DNA from: Candidatus Staskawiczbacteria bacterium
GTDB lineage: Bacteria > Patescibacteriota > Minisyncoccia > Minisyncoccales > Staskawiczbacteraceae
DNA length: 64,000 nucleotides
Direction of reading: 5' to 3'
NCBI GenBank assembly: GCA_903928565.1
Contig: CAIYRH010000015.1
Coordinates: 11,569-75,568 of the forward strand
In this document: positions 28,279-37,893 of the stretch, piece after piece
How positions within the stretch are numbered: the first letter of the stretch is position 1
How the letters are laid out: every line of letters begins with the position of its first letter
The notes under the pieces: model-generated
Databases searched by the model: none
Told to the model about the DNA's origin: nothing
Seen by the model: the letters and a program-made list of their open reading frames with translations, nothing else
Position numbers and translations under genes: made by a program

Positions 28279-28351
28279 TTGAATTTTTTTTGTCTTTAGT
28301 ATATTATTGAAAATTAGAAATTTAAAATTGAAAATTCCGCTAATGCGGCAT

Positions 28352-28422
28352 GGGCCCATAGTAAATCGGTATTACGCCTCCATGGCATGGAGGAGGGCCG
28401 GGTTCGATTCCCGGTGGGTCCA
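28352..28422 (+). tRNA. tRNA-Ala (anticodon GGC), no encoded CCA
   Basis: Manual cloverleaf: acceptor GGGCCCA/TGGGTCC with the G3:U70 Ala identity pair; D stem GTAA/TTAC; anticodon stem CCTCC/GGAGG with loop AT-GGC-AT; T arm CCGGG-TTCGATT-CCCGG. Confidence 0.9.
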
Positions 28423-28477
28423 CTTTTAAGCCCTTTGTCAACCAAGCAACTCAACCCCAAAATAGGAGATTATCGCC

Positions 28478-28987
28478 ATGAACGCACCAATGATTGCTCC
28501 CGTTGTTTCGACAGTGTCGCACACCACCACTGTGCCAGTAGCGCCACATGTTGCCATGCCAATGGCCCCCATTTCACCAATGATTGCGCCGCCGGCGCCG
28601 GTTTTTGCACGCAAGCGTGAAGGAGGCAATGCCACGCCTCCAACAATTGCGACTTTTGCTCCCAGTGCGAAGGAAGTTACCCTTAAACAAGGGAAAACAT
28701 CACTCGACGCATTTGAGGTTATTTCTTACAGCCCTGAATTGCAGGAAAATCCATTTAATATTCCGATGTTTCAGGAAGCGCATACTAACTATGCGCAAGC
28801 GGTTGGATGGAATCCGCACATTAGCACCGAATTAGCATTCGCTTGCCTTGTCAGCGTTCCGGACTCGTTGAGTAATTTGAGGTTGATTGAACGGGATCCG
28901 GATAATAAGACGATGTTTCGAATAACTGATAGCGCGCGATGCTATTGCAACGGGCAAAAATGTGTGGAACACACGTTACGTAGATGA
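28478..28987 (+). CDS. hypothetical protein with a Pro/Ala/Met-rich N-terminus (GC-rich island)
   Basis: 169-aa ORF with AGGAG 9 nt upstream. N-terminus MNAPMIAP...MPMAPISPMIAPPAP. No family was recognised. Confidence 0.55.
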   Translation: MNAPMIAPVVSTVSHTTTVPVAPHVAMPMAPISPMIAPPAPVFARKREGGNATPPTIATFAPSAKEVTLKQGKTSLDAFEVISYSPELQENPFNIPMFQEAHTNYAQAVGWNPHISTELAFACLVSVPDSLSNLRLIERDPDNKTMFRITDSARCYCNGQKCVEHTLRR

Positions 28988-29945
28988 ATTGTCTGCAACG
29001 GACATCACGCGGTTGGGGGTCGATACACTTAACGATATGTGTCGTAATCTGGGCAGGCTGAAGGCATTGTCGTCATATGTTAAAGAGTTGGCCGAACGAG
29101 CTCTAGCCCTTTCGGTTGGTCTGCCAACTATGTTGGCTAGCGGTGGACCCGAACCAGTCATTGTTAGATTAAGTCAAATTATTCATCGACTTTCTGCGGG
29201 GAATGGGAGTAATAATAGCGAAAATTACAATAACGAACTGGCAAGGCTTTTGTCGGCAATCAAAAGCAGCTTGTCTAAGCTTGTCGATCTTTTTGACGCG
29301 ACCCTTTATGACAGTGCTCCAATTGTCGTCGCTTTTACCAACAAGTGCGATGACGCAAGTATTATTCGTGCTCTCATAGACGAATATTTGCATATCTGTA
29401 ATTACGATGTGAACTCAATCACTGCCTGTGAATCTTCCGTTGTGCGAAGTGAAATTCGCTACCAATTTGCAAACATTGGGAATGACGTGTTGACTATTAC
29501 GCCGGAATCTCAAGCCGGCATCGCGAGGTTCGCTGTTGGTCCCATGGCGCTAAACGACATGGGCATTAGCCTGGAATTAGCGCCTGCGCAAATTCGTCTG
29601 GAGTGCAGCAACCTCATATCATCAATTGTAGATTGTGTGAATGAATATAGAGCGCATCTGCGTATTACAATTTATTGGAAATACCCAGATTTTGCTTTGG
29701 CAGCAATGCGCGCCATTTCTCAGATGTTAGACGAGGGAGTAGTCACCGGCGTTCAAGTCTACCAACAATTGGCTGGTTTTAAATCTAGCATGCGCGATGC
29801 ATTTGCAAAAGACTTAGACCCTCTTGTTGGCGAAGCCTCAAATTCCCGCAATGCTGTAGTTGAAAACGTATGTAGCATCATTGACCAGGCGGTTGCAATT
29901 CTTGGTCAAAGATTACCCGAGCTTCAAGAGGCTGGTGTTGCTTAA
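28962..29945 (+). CDS. hypothetical protein (GC-rich island)
   Basis: 327-aa ORF overlapping the upstream ORF by 26 nt. A strong terminator follows. Confidence 0.6.
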   Translation: MWNTRYVDELSATDITRLGVDTLNDMCRNLGRLKALSSYVKELAERALALSVGLPTMLASGGPEPVIVRLSQIIHRLSAGNGSNNSENYNNELARLLSAIKSSLSKLVDLFDATLYDSAPIVVAFTNKCDDASIIRALIDEYLHICNYDVNSITACESSVVRSEIRYQFANIGNDVLTITPESQAGIARFAVGPMALNDMGISLELAPAQIRLECSNLISSIVDCVNEYRAHLRITIYWKYPDFALAAMRAISQMLDEGVVTGVQVYQQLAGFKSSMRDAFAKDLDPLVGEASNSRNAVVENVCSIIDQAVAILGQRLPELQEAGVA

Positions 29946-29964
29946 ATAAGCTTTGTTTTGGATG

Positions 29965-29997
29965 GGTCCGGGAGAAATCTCTCGGACCTCTTTTTTT
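29965..29997 (+). terminator. rho-independent terminator closing the island
   Basis: GGTCCGGGAGA-aat-TCTCTCGGACC followed by TCTTTTTTT. Confidence 0.85.
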
Positions 29998-30068
29998 GCC
30001 ATTGACTAATTTTGTTTTTTTTAAATATGCTGGTATAATAATCTAATTAACATTTTTAAATAAAAACT

Positions 30069-30782
30069 ATGAATTACAAAAAATTTTTCGGTGCGTTTTT
30101 ATTAGTAGTTGCTTTGTTATTAGTTTCTAATACAGTTTTAGCAAATGCTGAATATTCTGCCCAACAAATAACTTGTATTAAAGCAGCTCAAGAAAAAAGA
30201 GTTAAAACTATTAGCACAGCAGGCTCAAATATAGATATTATAAAAAAATCTGGCTTGCAATTTCAAGGTGATTTTAAGGCATGTTTGGCACAAAATGGAG
30301 CAGTGGGTTTTTTCAAAAATATTTTAAATAATTTTGCGGCAAGTTTGTCGGGAGCAATGGGTGCAAATGAGAAGTCAAATAAATTAAGCGATACACAAAA
30401 AGCTTGCATAAAAACAGCTCAAGATAAAAGGGCGAGTGCAATTGAACCAGCAGCTCAGGCATTAAAAACTCAAACAGAAGTCGCGTCTAAAGCAAGACAA
30501 GACGCCATGACGGCAACATTGAAAATGAAAGATGCAAAAGGCAAGGCAGCTGCCATAAAAAAGGCAAGTGATGCCTTCAACAACGCAGAAACCGTAAAGC
30601 AAGCAAAACCGGTTTATATTGCAGCTGTGCAGGCCGCTAATAACCAATTTCAAACAGACCAAAAAGCCTGCTTAGCTTCTAGTGGATTAAAAACATTGGG
30701 CACTGGTATTTTCAAAAATATTAAGGTTGGATTTTCCAGTTCTATGTCAAGCGTAACAAAATTCTTTACAGGGAAAAAATAG
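30069..30782 (+). CDS. secreted protein with an internal duplication
   Basis: Signal peptide (VLANA). Repeated unit (Q)xxCIKxAQ(E/D)KR...FQxDxKACLA. Confidence 0.65.
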   Translation: MNYKKFFGAFLLVVALLLVSNTVLANAEYSAQQITCIKAAQEKRVKTISTAGSNIDIIKKSGLQFQGDFKACLAQNGAVGFFKNILNNFAASLSGAMGANEKSNKLSDTQKACIKTAQDKRASAIEPAAQALKTQTEVASKARQDAMTATLKMKDAKGKAAAIKKASDAFNNAETVKQAKPVYIAAVQAANNQFQTDQKACLASSGLKTLGTGIFKNIKVGFSSSMSSVTKFFTGKK

Positions 30783-30794
30783 AAGTAAATTTAA

Positions 30795-31982
30795 ATGAAT
30801 ACAACTATAAAAAAAATATTACAGTGGATTGTTGCAGTTTTAATAATTATTGGTGTTTTTGTTTTGGGAGCGTGGGTGGGCGTAACAAAAATTGCTTACC
30901 ATGTGCCACAACCGGGCACAATAGACTTTTCACTTTTCTGGGATGCTTATGGAAAGCTTCAAAAAGATTTTATTACTCCAAATAAAATAGACAATCAAAA
31001 AGTAATTTATGGCGCCATTGAGGGCATGACAAGATCTTTGGGTGACCCGTACACCGATTTTTTTGATCCAAGCCAGGCCAAACTATTCCAACAAGATTTG
31101 GCTGGGTCGTTTAGCGGAATTGGCGTGGAAATTGGTGTCAAAAAAGATTTACTAACAATAATTGCTCCAATTAAGGGTACTCCTGGAGAAAAAGCCGGGT
31201 TAAAAGCTGGTGACATAATTGCAAAAATAAATGGGCAGGACACTAGCAACATGACCGGTGACGAAGCAGTTGGTTTAATTCGTGGCGCTAAGGGCACGCA
31301 AGTTACCTTAACTATTTTGCGCGACAGCTGGACCAGCACAAAAGATATAAAAATTACCAGAGACACAATTAAAGTTCCTTCAATGGATTGGTCAATAAAA
31401 GATGGAAACATAGCTTACATACAAATTTATCAATTTGATGAATCTTTACCTTCTGACTTTGAGGCTGCAGCCTTAAAAATTTTACAAAGTCCTGCAAAAA
31501 AGATAATATTAGATTTAAGGAACAATCCTGGAGGTTATTTAGAGGTGGCACAAAATATTGCCGGTTGGTTTTTGCAAAAAGACCAGGTAATAACAATTGA
31601 AGATTTTGGCAAAGCCAGAGCACCCCAAACATTTAAATCTGACGGCAATTCCAGTTTGGCAAATTATCCAATAGTAGTATTAATAAACCAAGGGTCAGCC
31701 TCGGCTTCGGAAATTTTGGCCGGAGCGTTGCGAGATGATAGAAAAATAAAGTTAATTGGTACAAAATCTTTTGGCAAGGGTTGCGTGCAAGAGGTGGTAG
31801 AACTTAACGGCGGTTCGTTTCTTAAAATAACAATTGCCAATTGGCTAACACCAAAAGGCAATTCAATTACAGATGTTGGTTTAACCCCAGACATTAAAAC
31901 AGACATAACAGATACTGACATTCAAAATAAAAAAGACCCGCAATTAGACAAAGCCCTTGAAATAGTAAGCAACTTAAAGTAG
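30795..31982 (+). CDS. carboxy-terminal processing protease (S41)
   Basis: PDZ domain (GEKAGLKAGDII) plus the S41 core (NQGSASASEI, KSFGKG). Confidence 0.9.
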   Translation: MNTTIKKILQWIVAVLIIIGVFVLGAWVGVTKIAYHVPQPGTIDFSLFWDAYGKLQKDFITPNKIDNQKVIYGAIEGMTRSLGDPYTDFFDPSQAKLFQQDLAGSFSGIGVEIGVKKDLLTIIAPIKGTPGEKAGLKAGDIIAKINGQDTSNMTGDEAVGLIRGAKGTQVTLTILRDSWTSTKDIKITRDTIKVPSMDWSIKDGNIAYIQIYQFDESLPSDFEAAALKILQSPAKKIILDLRNNPGGYLEVAQNIAGWFLQKDQVITIEDFGKARAPQTFKSDGNSSLANYPIVVLINQGSASASEILAGALRDDRKIKLIGTKSFGKGCVQEVVELNGGSFLKITIANWLTPKGNSITDVGLTPDIKTDITDTDIQNKKDPQLDKALEIVSNLK

Positions 31983-32019
31983 AATATAGAATATATAAAA
32001 GCTAAATAAATATATCAAT

Positions 32020-32478
32020 ATGAAAGTCATTCTCTTACAAGATGTTGAAGATCTTGGAAAAAAATATGAAGTTAAGGAAGTGAAAAATGGCCACGCCAGA
32101 AATTTTTTATTGCCTCAAAAGTTAGCTAAAGCCGCTACGAAGGAAGCAATGAAATGGTTGGCCAGCCAAAAAGACGTTATTGACCAAAAAGCCGAAGAAG
32201 ATTTGAAAAAGTCTCAAGCACTGGCTTCCGACTTAGATGGATTAGAATTAACCATTTCAGTTAAAGTTGGAGAAGAGGGGCAAATGTTTGAATCTATTAA
32301 CAGTCAGAAAATTGTTGATAAGTTAAAAGAAATGGGTTTTGAAGTTAAAAAGTCACAAGTTAAATTGGAAAGTCCAATTAAGGAACTTGGTGAATTTGCC
32401 GTAAATGTTGCCTTAGAGCACAATTTAGAAGCAGAGTTAAAAGTAATAATATCAGCAGAAAAAAGCATAGAAGAATAA
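32020..32478 (+). CDS. rplI: 50S ribosomal protein L9
   Basis: MKVILLQDVEDLGKKYEVKEVKNGHARNFLLPQKLA. Confidence 0.93.
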   Translation: MKVILLQDVEDLGKKYEVKEVKNGHARNFLLPQKLAKAATKEAMKWLASQKDVIDQKAEEDLKKSQALASDLDGLELTISVKVGEEGQMFESINSQKIVDKLKEMGFEVKKSQVKLESPIKELGEFAVNVALEHNLEAELKVIISAEKSIEE

Positions 32479-32482
32479 AAAT

Positions 32483-34138
32483 ATGTCCACAAAATATATT
32501 TTCGTAACAGGTGGAGTTATGTCGGGCGTGGGAAAAGGGGTGGCTGCCGCCTCTATTGCTAAAATAATTCAGTCAAGCGGTTTTGAGGTCACTGCTATTA
32601 AAATAGACCCATATGTAAACGTTGATGCAGGTACAATGAGCCCCACTGAACACGGTGAGGTTTTTGTTTTGGATGATGGCATGGAATGCGACCAAGACAT
32701 GGGCAACTACGAAAGGTTCTTAAACACCAGTCTTTCCAGTGCCAATTATATGACAACGGGAAGTGTTTATTTGTCTGTTATAAATAAAGAAAGAAGAATG
32801 GAATATGGTGGCAAGCAGGTAGAGGTTGTGCCACGAATTCCATTGGAAATAATTGAGAAAATAAACAACGCCGCTAAAAAGGAAAAAGCTCAAATTGTTA
32901 TTACCGAAATTGGTGGAACTGTTGGTGAATACGAAAATTTATTGTTTTTAGAAGCTATACGCTTGTTAAAATTGAAATGTCCGAATGATGTTGTTGTCGT
33001 TTTGGTAAGCTTTGTACCAGCCTTAGGAGCTGGTGGTACCGAACTTAAAACCAAGCCAACTCAGCACGCAGTAAGAAATTTAAATTCAATTGGAATCCAA
33101 CCAGACATTATTTTAGGCCGTGCCGATGTGCCGTTAGACCAAAAGAGAAAAGAAAAAATTCAATTTATGTGTGGTTTGGAAGAGGGCGACGTAATTTCTG
33201 CGCCAAATGTTGAAAGTATTTACGAAGTTGCCATCAATTTTGAAAAAGACAACATTAGTAAAAGAATTTTTAAAAAATTACACTTAAAACCAAAGAAAAG
33301 GGATTTAGTGGAATGGCGAGCTTTTGTAAATAAAATTCAACACCCAAAGGGTGAGGTTAAAATTGGAATTGTTGGTAAATATTTTGGCAGTGGTGACTTT
33401 ATTTTAACCGATTCTTATATTTCTGTTTTGGAATCTGTAAAACACGCGGCATATTTTTATAATCAAAAACCAGTTATAGAATGGCTAGACTCCGATGTTT
33501 ATGAAAAAGATCCTGCCAAATTAAAAGAATTAAAAAATTATGAAGGCATAATTGTTCCCGGTGGATTTGGAAACAGGGGAGTTGAGGGTAAAATAAAAGC
33601 CATTGAATATTGCAGAAAGAATAAAATACCATTTTTGGGTTTATGTTTGGGGCTGCAGTTGTCTGTAATTGAATTTGCCAGGAATGTTGCCGGCATTAAA
33701 GATGCTACTTCTACAGAGTTTGATAAAAATGCAAAAAACCCAGTAATTGACGTAATGCCCGAACAAAAAGTTTTGTTGGCAGAACAGCACTATGGCGGAA
33801 CAATGAGATTGGGCGCCTACGACTGCCAGGTGCAAGAAGGTACAATTAGTCATAAAGCATATAAAGATTGGACAGGCGAGTCGAAGGGGCCTTACACGAT
33901 CTCTGAAAGGCACCGCCACAGATATGAAGTAAACAACGATTACCGCGAAGAACTTGTTAAAAAGGGCCTTGTTGTTGCCGGTTTAAATGAAAAAAAAGAT
34001 TTAGTTGAAATAATTGAAATTAAAGACCACCCATTTTTTGTGGGCACACAATTCCACCCAGAATTTAAATCCAGACCTTTAAAGCCACATCCACTGTTTA
34101 GGGCGTTAGTTGGGGCGATTATAAAAAACAAAAAGTAG
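32483..34138 (+). CDS. pyrG: CTP synthase
   Basis: KYIFVTGGVMSGVGKG and the GATase domain (GLCLGLQ, FHPEF). Confidence 0.95.
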   Translation: MSTKYIFVTGGVMSGVGKGVAAASIAKIIQSSGFEVTAIKIDPYVNVDAGTMSPTEHGEVFVLDDGMECDQDMGNYERFLNTSLSSANYMTTGSVYLSVINKERRMEYGGKQVEVVPRIPLEIIEKINNAAKKEKAQIVITEIGGTVGEYENLLFLEAIRLLKLKCPNDVVVVLVSFVPALGAGGTELKTKPTQHAVRNLNSIGIQPDIILGRADVPLDQKRKEKIQFMCGLEEGDVISAPNVESIYEVAINFEKDNISKRIFKKLHLKPKKRDLVEWRAFVNKIQHPKGEVKIGIVGKYFGSGDFILTDSYISVLESVKHAAYFYNQKPVIEWLDSDVYEKDPAKLKELKNYEGIIVPGGFGNRGVEGKIKAIEYCRKNKIPFLGLCLGLQLSVIEFARNVAGIKDATSTEFDKNAKNPVIDVMPEQKVLLAEQHYGGTMRLGAYDCQVQEGTISHKAYKDWTGESKGPYTISERHRHRYEVNNDYREELVKKGLVVAGLNEKKDLVEIIEIKDHPFFVGTQFHPEFKSRPLKPHPLFRALVGAIIKNKK

Positions 34139-34194
34139 TACTTGAAGCAAATAAAAACCGCCCTTGAAAAAATTAGGACGGTTTTTGAAAAATA

Positions 34195-34485
34195 TTATTT
34201 TGTTTTAGTGGCCAACTCTACAGAAACTACTTTAGCTGTTCTTCTGGTACCATTAAAAAGTTTTTTGGTTTTAGAGGTAAATTTTACAACACCGTTGGCC
34301 ATTGAGTAGATTGTATCGTCGGAGCCCTTTTTAACGTTTTTGCCCAGAAGGAATTTTGTACCACGCTGTCTGATAATTATCATTCCTGTTTTAACTGCTT
34401 GGCCAGCTGATATTTTAACCCCAAGTCTTTGAGCGGCCGAATCTCTTCCCAGCCTAGATGAACCTCCTTGTTTAGTCTTTGACAT
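34195..34485 (-). CDS. rpmA: 50S ribosomal protein L27
   Basis: GGSSRLGRDSAAQRLGVK...IIRQRGTKF. Confidence 0.93.
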   Translation of the reverse strand: MSKTKQGGSSRLGRDSAAQRLGVKISAGQAVKTGMIIIRQRGTKFLLGKNVKKGSDDTIYSMANGVVKFTSKTKKLFNGTRRTAKVVSVELATKTK

Positions 34486-34519
34486 ATTTTTATAATAATT
34501 TATTTTTTATGATAGTATT

Positions 34520-34684
34520 ATGTTAGCAAAAATTACAGATTTTGTCAAAGGTCATTTTAACGATATAATGTTATTTATAATAATAGTGCTGTTGGTGTTG
34601 CTTGCGTATGCAGCAGGATTTATAACGGCAAAACAGCAAATTAAAGAACCACTTCAAATATGGAACACATCCCACAACATATAG
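34520..34684 (+). CDS. possible 54-aa single-TM protein overlapping the uppS start
   Basis: Hand-translated as MLAKITDFVKGHFNDIMLFIIIVLLVLLAYAAGFITAKQQIKEPLQIWNTSHNI. It falls below the ORF-track length cutoff. Confidence 0.3.
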   Translation: MLAKITDFVKGHFNDIMLFIIIVLLVLLAYAAGFITAKQQIKEPLQIWNTSHNI

Positions 34685-35346
34685 TTTTATTCCCAGACGG
34701 CAACAGGCGCTGGGCAAAGCAAAAAGGTTTGCACACACTAGAAGGCCACAAAAAAGGCTATAATAATCTTTTAGACTTTTCTGAGTGGTGTAAAAATAAA
34801 GGTGTAAAAACGCTTACGGCTTTTGGCTTTTCAACAGAAAATTGGAATAGAACAGAAGAAGAAGTCACATATTTAATGAAACTTCTAGAAAATTGTTTAA
34901 TAGATAATTTATCAAAATATGAAAAAGAGGGGACTCGCGTTAGGGTAATTGGGCAACGCGACCGTTTGCCAAAATCTTTACAAGAAGCAATTATAAAAAC
35001 AGAAGAATTTACAAAAAATAATAATAAGTTATTTTTAAATTTGGCAATTAGTTATGGTGGCAAGTGGGATATTTTAAATGCTGTAAAAAATATTGTAAAA
35101 GAGGGGATTGATGCTGAAAAAATAGATGATAAGTTATTTGAAAGTCATTTATCTACAGCCGGTTTACCCGCACCCGATTTTATAATAAGAGCGGGTGGCG
35201 AAATGCGCCTTTCTAACTTTGTTTTGTGGCAGGCCGCCTATGCAGAACTATATTTTTCGCCAAAACTCTGGCCCGATTTTAATGAAGAAGATTTAGACAT
35301 TGCCTTAACAGAATTTGACCACCGCCACCGCCGTTTTGGCAAATAA
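34660..35346 (+). CDS. uppS: undecaprenyl-diphosphate synthase
   Basis: DGNRRWA, FSTENW, IRAGGEMRLSNF. Confidence 0.93.
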   Translation: MEHIPQHIVLFPDGNRRWAKQKGLHTLEGHKKGYNNLLDFSEWCKNKGVKTLTAFGFSTENWNRTEEEVTYLMKLLENCLIDNLSKYEKEGTRVRVIGQRDRLPKSLQEAIIKTEEFTKNNNKLFLNLAISYGGKWDILNAVKNIVKEGIDAEKIDDKLFESHLSTAGLPAPDFIIRAGGEMRLSNFVLWQAAYAELYFSPKLWPDFNEEDLDIALTEFDHRHRRFGK

Positions 35347-35357
35347 AACCTTTAAAA

Positions 35358-35382
35358 ACGCCCTTTGTCTGGGCGTTTTTTT
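35358..35382 (+). terminator. rho-independent terminator after uppS
   Basis: ACGCCC-tttgtct-GGGCGT followed by T7. Confidence 0.85.
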
Positions 35383-35384
35383 GT

Positions 35385-35879
35385 TTAACAGTTTTTGGAG
35401 AAGGCTTTGGCCATTTCAAGCCATTTAGGAGTGCGGGGGTTGTTTTTATATTTTGCCGAAGACTTATGAATTTCCATAAGCATGCAAACTTCGTTTTTTT
35501 TCCATTCAGCCAAATTTTTACCTTTGTTTTTGTAAAGTATTTCAACCGCTTTTGTCCAAAGGTTAAAATCGCTTTTCTTTTTGTTTGCTAAAACGTTTTT
35601 TTTAAAAAATGGCACAATAATTTGTGCTACATCGGCAATCTTTTGAACAGAAAACCTTGCTTGATCTTTTGAAACAGAAATTTCTCCGCAACCTAATATT
35701 TTTTTTATTTTCTGTAATGTTTTTATTTCGTTTTTATTGGCAGTAACAACAAATTGGGTTTTCCAGCGGTAGTAAGTGGGGGAGTTGGTTCTTTCATGTC
35801 TGGTGTCTTTTCTAAATTGCAAATCGAAACAGCCATCGTTATTTACTATTGTTGGAATATTAAATTTTTCTTTTGCCAT
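35385..35879 (-). mobile_element. free-standing LAGLIDADG-family homing endonuclease gene (single-motif, N-terminally short)
   Basis: 164 aa. IVNNDGCFDLQF is a degenerate LAGLIDADG/GDGCF motif. LGCGEI, IIVPFFKKN and KKKSDF fit the family pattern. An in-frame stop lies 8 codons upstream of the ATG. Confidence 0.65.
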
Positions 35880-35926
35880 AAACCTGTTTAATTATTTTTA
35901 TATAGTTAAAGTATACCAAAAACATA

Positions 35927-35938
35927 ATTGTGCGACAA
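35927..35938 (+). repeat. Box A 12-mer ATTGTGCGACAA (copy 1)
   Basis: Exact 12-mer, shared with 40310, 42140 and 44042 (reverse complement). Confidence 0.85.
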
Positions 35939-36010
35939 GGGCTGTGAATATCTGATATTGCGTTTAATTTTCCATTTGTTATCATACAGATAATAATTAA
36001 AAAGAAGTTT

Positions 36011-37060
36011 ATGATAATAAATCAAAAAACATATGCAGTAGAAAGTGTAACATTGGGCCACCCCGACAAAGTTTGCGACCAAATTTCAGATGCAATTTTA
36101 GATGCATGTTTGGCGCAAGACCCAAATTCAAGAGTTGCAGTTGAGTCTTTTGGCGGGCACGGCACGTTAGTTATTGGTGGAGAGGTAACAACAACAGCCA
36201 AAGTTGATTACCAAGCAATTGCTGATAAAGTTTACAAAGATATTGGTTACACTCAGGAATTAAAATTTATGGTGAATGTTGTGCAACAGTCACCCGACAT
36301 TGCCATGGGCGTTGACACCGGCGGAGCTGGCGACCAGGGAATTATGTATGGTTATGCTACAAATGCGACACCCGAATATATGCCTTGGGCAGTTGTAAAA
36401 GTGCACGCGTTGGCAAAGGGTTTGCAAGATTTAAGGGAAAGTGGCCAGGTGAAATGGTTAATGCCCGATGGTAAGTCGCAGATAACAATGCAAGATGGAA
36501 AAGTAAAAAATGTTTTAATTAGCACCCAACATGATGCAAATGTCTCGCAAGAAGAAATTAAGCAAACTTTAATTGAGAAATTAATTAAACCAATTTTGGG
36601 AGATGTTGTGGGCGTAGACATATTTGTTAACCCAACCGGAAACTTTGTACAGGGTGGGTTTGAAGCCGACACGGGTTTAACCGGCAGAAAAATTATGGTT
36701 GATACTTATTGCGGTTTAATTTCTCATGGAGGTGGAGCATTTTCTGGAAAAGATCCAAGTAAGGTTGACCGCTCGGCCGCCTACATGGCGCGGTTTGCAG
36801 CAAAAAATATTGTTGCTAATGGTTATGCAAAAGAATGTTTGGTTTCTGTGGCTTATGCAATTGGAATGGCCGAGCCATTAATGGTTTCTGCAGTTGATGA
36901 AAATGGAAAAAGTTTAGATGAAATAATTGCAAAGTTTGATTTTAAGCCGCAATCTATTATTAAAACCCTAGAATTAAAACAACCTATTTACCAAAAAACA
37001 GCAGCTTACGGCCATTTTGGTAAAGCCGACCTCCCCTGGGAAAAAATCATAAAAATCTAA
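36011..37060 (+). CDS. metK: S-adenosylmethionine synthetase (short form)
   Basis: GHPDKVCDQISDAILDA, GAGDQG, GGGAFSGKD. Confidence 0.9.
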   Translation: MIINQKTYAVESVTLGHPDKVCDQISDAILDACLAQDPNSRVAVESFGGHGTLVIGGEVTTTAKVDYQAIADKVYKDIGYTQELKFMVNVVQQSPDIAMGVDTGGAGDQGIMYGYATNATPEYMPWAVVKVHALAKGLQDLRESGQVKWLMPDGKSQITMQDGKVKNVLISTQHDANVSQEEIKQTLIEKLIKPILGDVVGVDIFVNPTGNFVQGGFEADTGLTGRKIMVDTYCGLISHGGGAFSGKDPSKVDRSAAYMARFAAKNIVANGYAKECLVSVAYAIGMAEPLMVSAVDENGKSLDEIIAKFDFKPQSIIKTLELKQPIYQKTAAYGHFGKADLPWEKIIKI

Positions 37061-37123
37061 ATAGACTTGCTTGTTTTCTAGAAAAGAGTAAAAATAAAGA
37101 ATATATAATTAAACTACAAAAAC

Positions 37124-37891
37124 ATGGATTCAATTTTATTTTATGCATTGTGGATTTTATTTTTAATTTTAGTTTCGGGAATTCGTGTCATTAAAGAATA
37201 CGAAAGAGCGGTAATTTTCTTTTTGGGAAAACAAACTGCCATTAGGGGCCCTGGGCTTATATTTTTAGTGCCGGTTTTTGAAAAAATGGTGAAGGTTAGT
37301 TTTAGAACAATTACAATGGGCATTCCTTCGCAAAAAATTATTACAAAAGACAATGTGTCCATAGACATTGCCGCCGTAGCCTATTACCACATTGTAGACC
37401 CGCGTAAAGCTGTTATTGCCATTGAAGATGTCTTTAGCGCCGTAAACCAAATAAGCCAAACAACAGTTAGAAATGTGGTTGGGCAATTTATGTTAGACCA
37501 GTTGCTTTCGCAAACCGCCGACATTAACGAGCAAATTAAAAATGTTATAGATGGCCACACCGAGCCTTGGGGCGTGCAGGTAACCGCCGTTGAAATTAAA
37601 GATATTATTTTGCCAGACAACATGCAACGCGCCATGGCAAAAGAAGCCGAGGCCGAAAGGGAGAGACGTGCAAAAATTGTTGCTGCTCAAGGAGAATTTC
37701 AAGCTGCCGAAAAGTTGGGCCAAGCCGCCGATTTAATTGCCGCCCACCCGGTTGCATTGCAATTGCGAACACTCCAAACAATGTCTGAAATTGCCACCGA
37801 AAAGAATTCAACAATTATTTTCCCGGCTCAATTTATGACAACAGTTAAAGAAGCTTTAGAAACCATCCGTGGCGACAGCAAAAAGTCGTAG
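37124..37891 (+). CDS. SPFH/band-7 (stomatin-like) protein
   Basis: N-terminal TM segment, IKEYERAV.F.LGK, and an EAEAERERRAKI coiled-coil. Confidence 0.88.
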   Translation: MDSILFYALWILFLILVSGIRVIKEYERAVIFFLGKQTAIRGPGLIFLVPVFEKMVKVSFRTITMGIPSQKIITKDNVSIDIAAVAYYHIVDPRKAVIAIEDVFSAVNQISQTTVRNVVGQFMLDQLLSQTADINEQIKNVIDGHTEPWGVQVTAVEIKDIILPDNMQRAMAKEAEAERERRAKIVAAQGEFQAAEKLGQAADLIAAHPVALQLRTLQTMSEIATEKNSTIIFPAQFMTTVKEALETIRGDSKKS

Positions 37892-37893
37892 AT

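Noticed and set aside
28387-28635. ORFs overlapping the tRNA-Ala 3' half and the start of the island (28387-28620 +, 28438-28635 -, 28584-28835 +).
   Set aside because: They overlap a confidently folded tRNA, or they are alternative frames of GC-rich DNA. Only the 28478 frame has an SD site and continues as a long ORF.
29962-29970. TGGGTCC at the far end of the tRNA-adjacent island, considered as a possible att direct repeat of the tRNA 3' end.
   Set aside because: Only 7 nt match, and the match is part of the terminator stem. That is too short to support an integration-site duplication.
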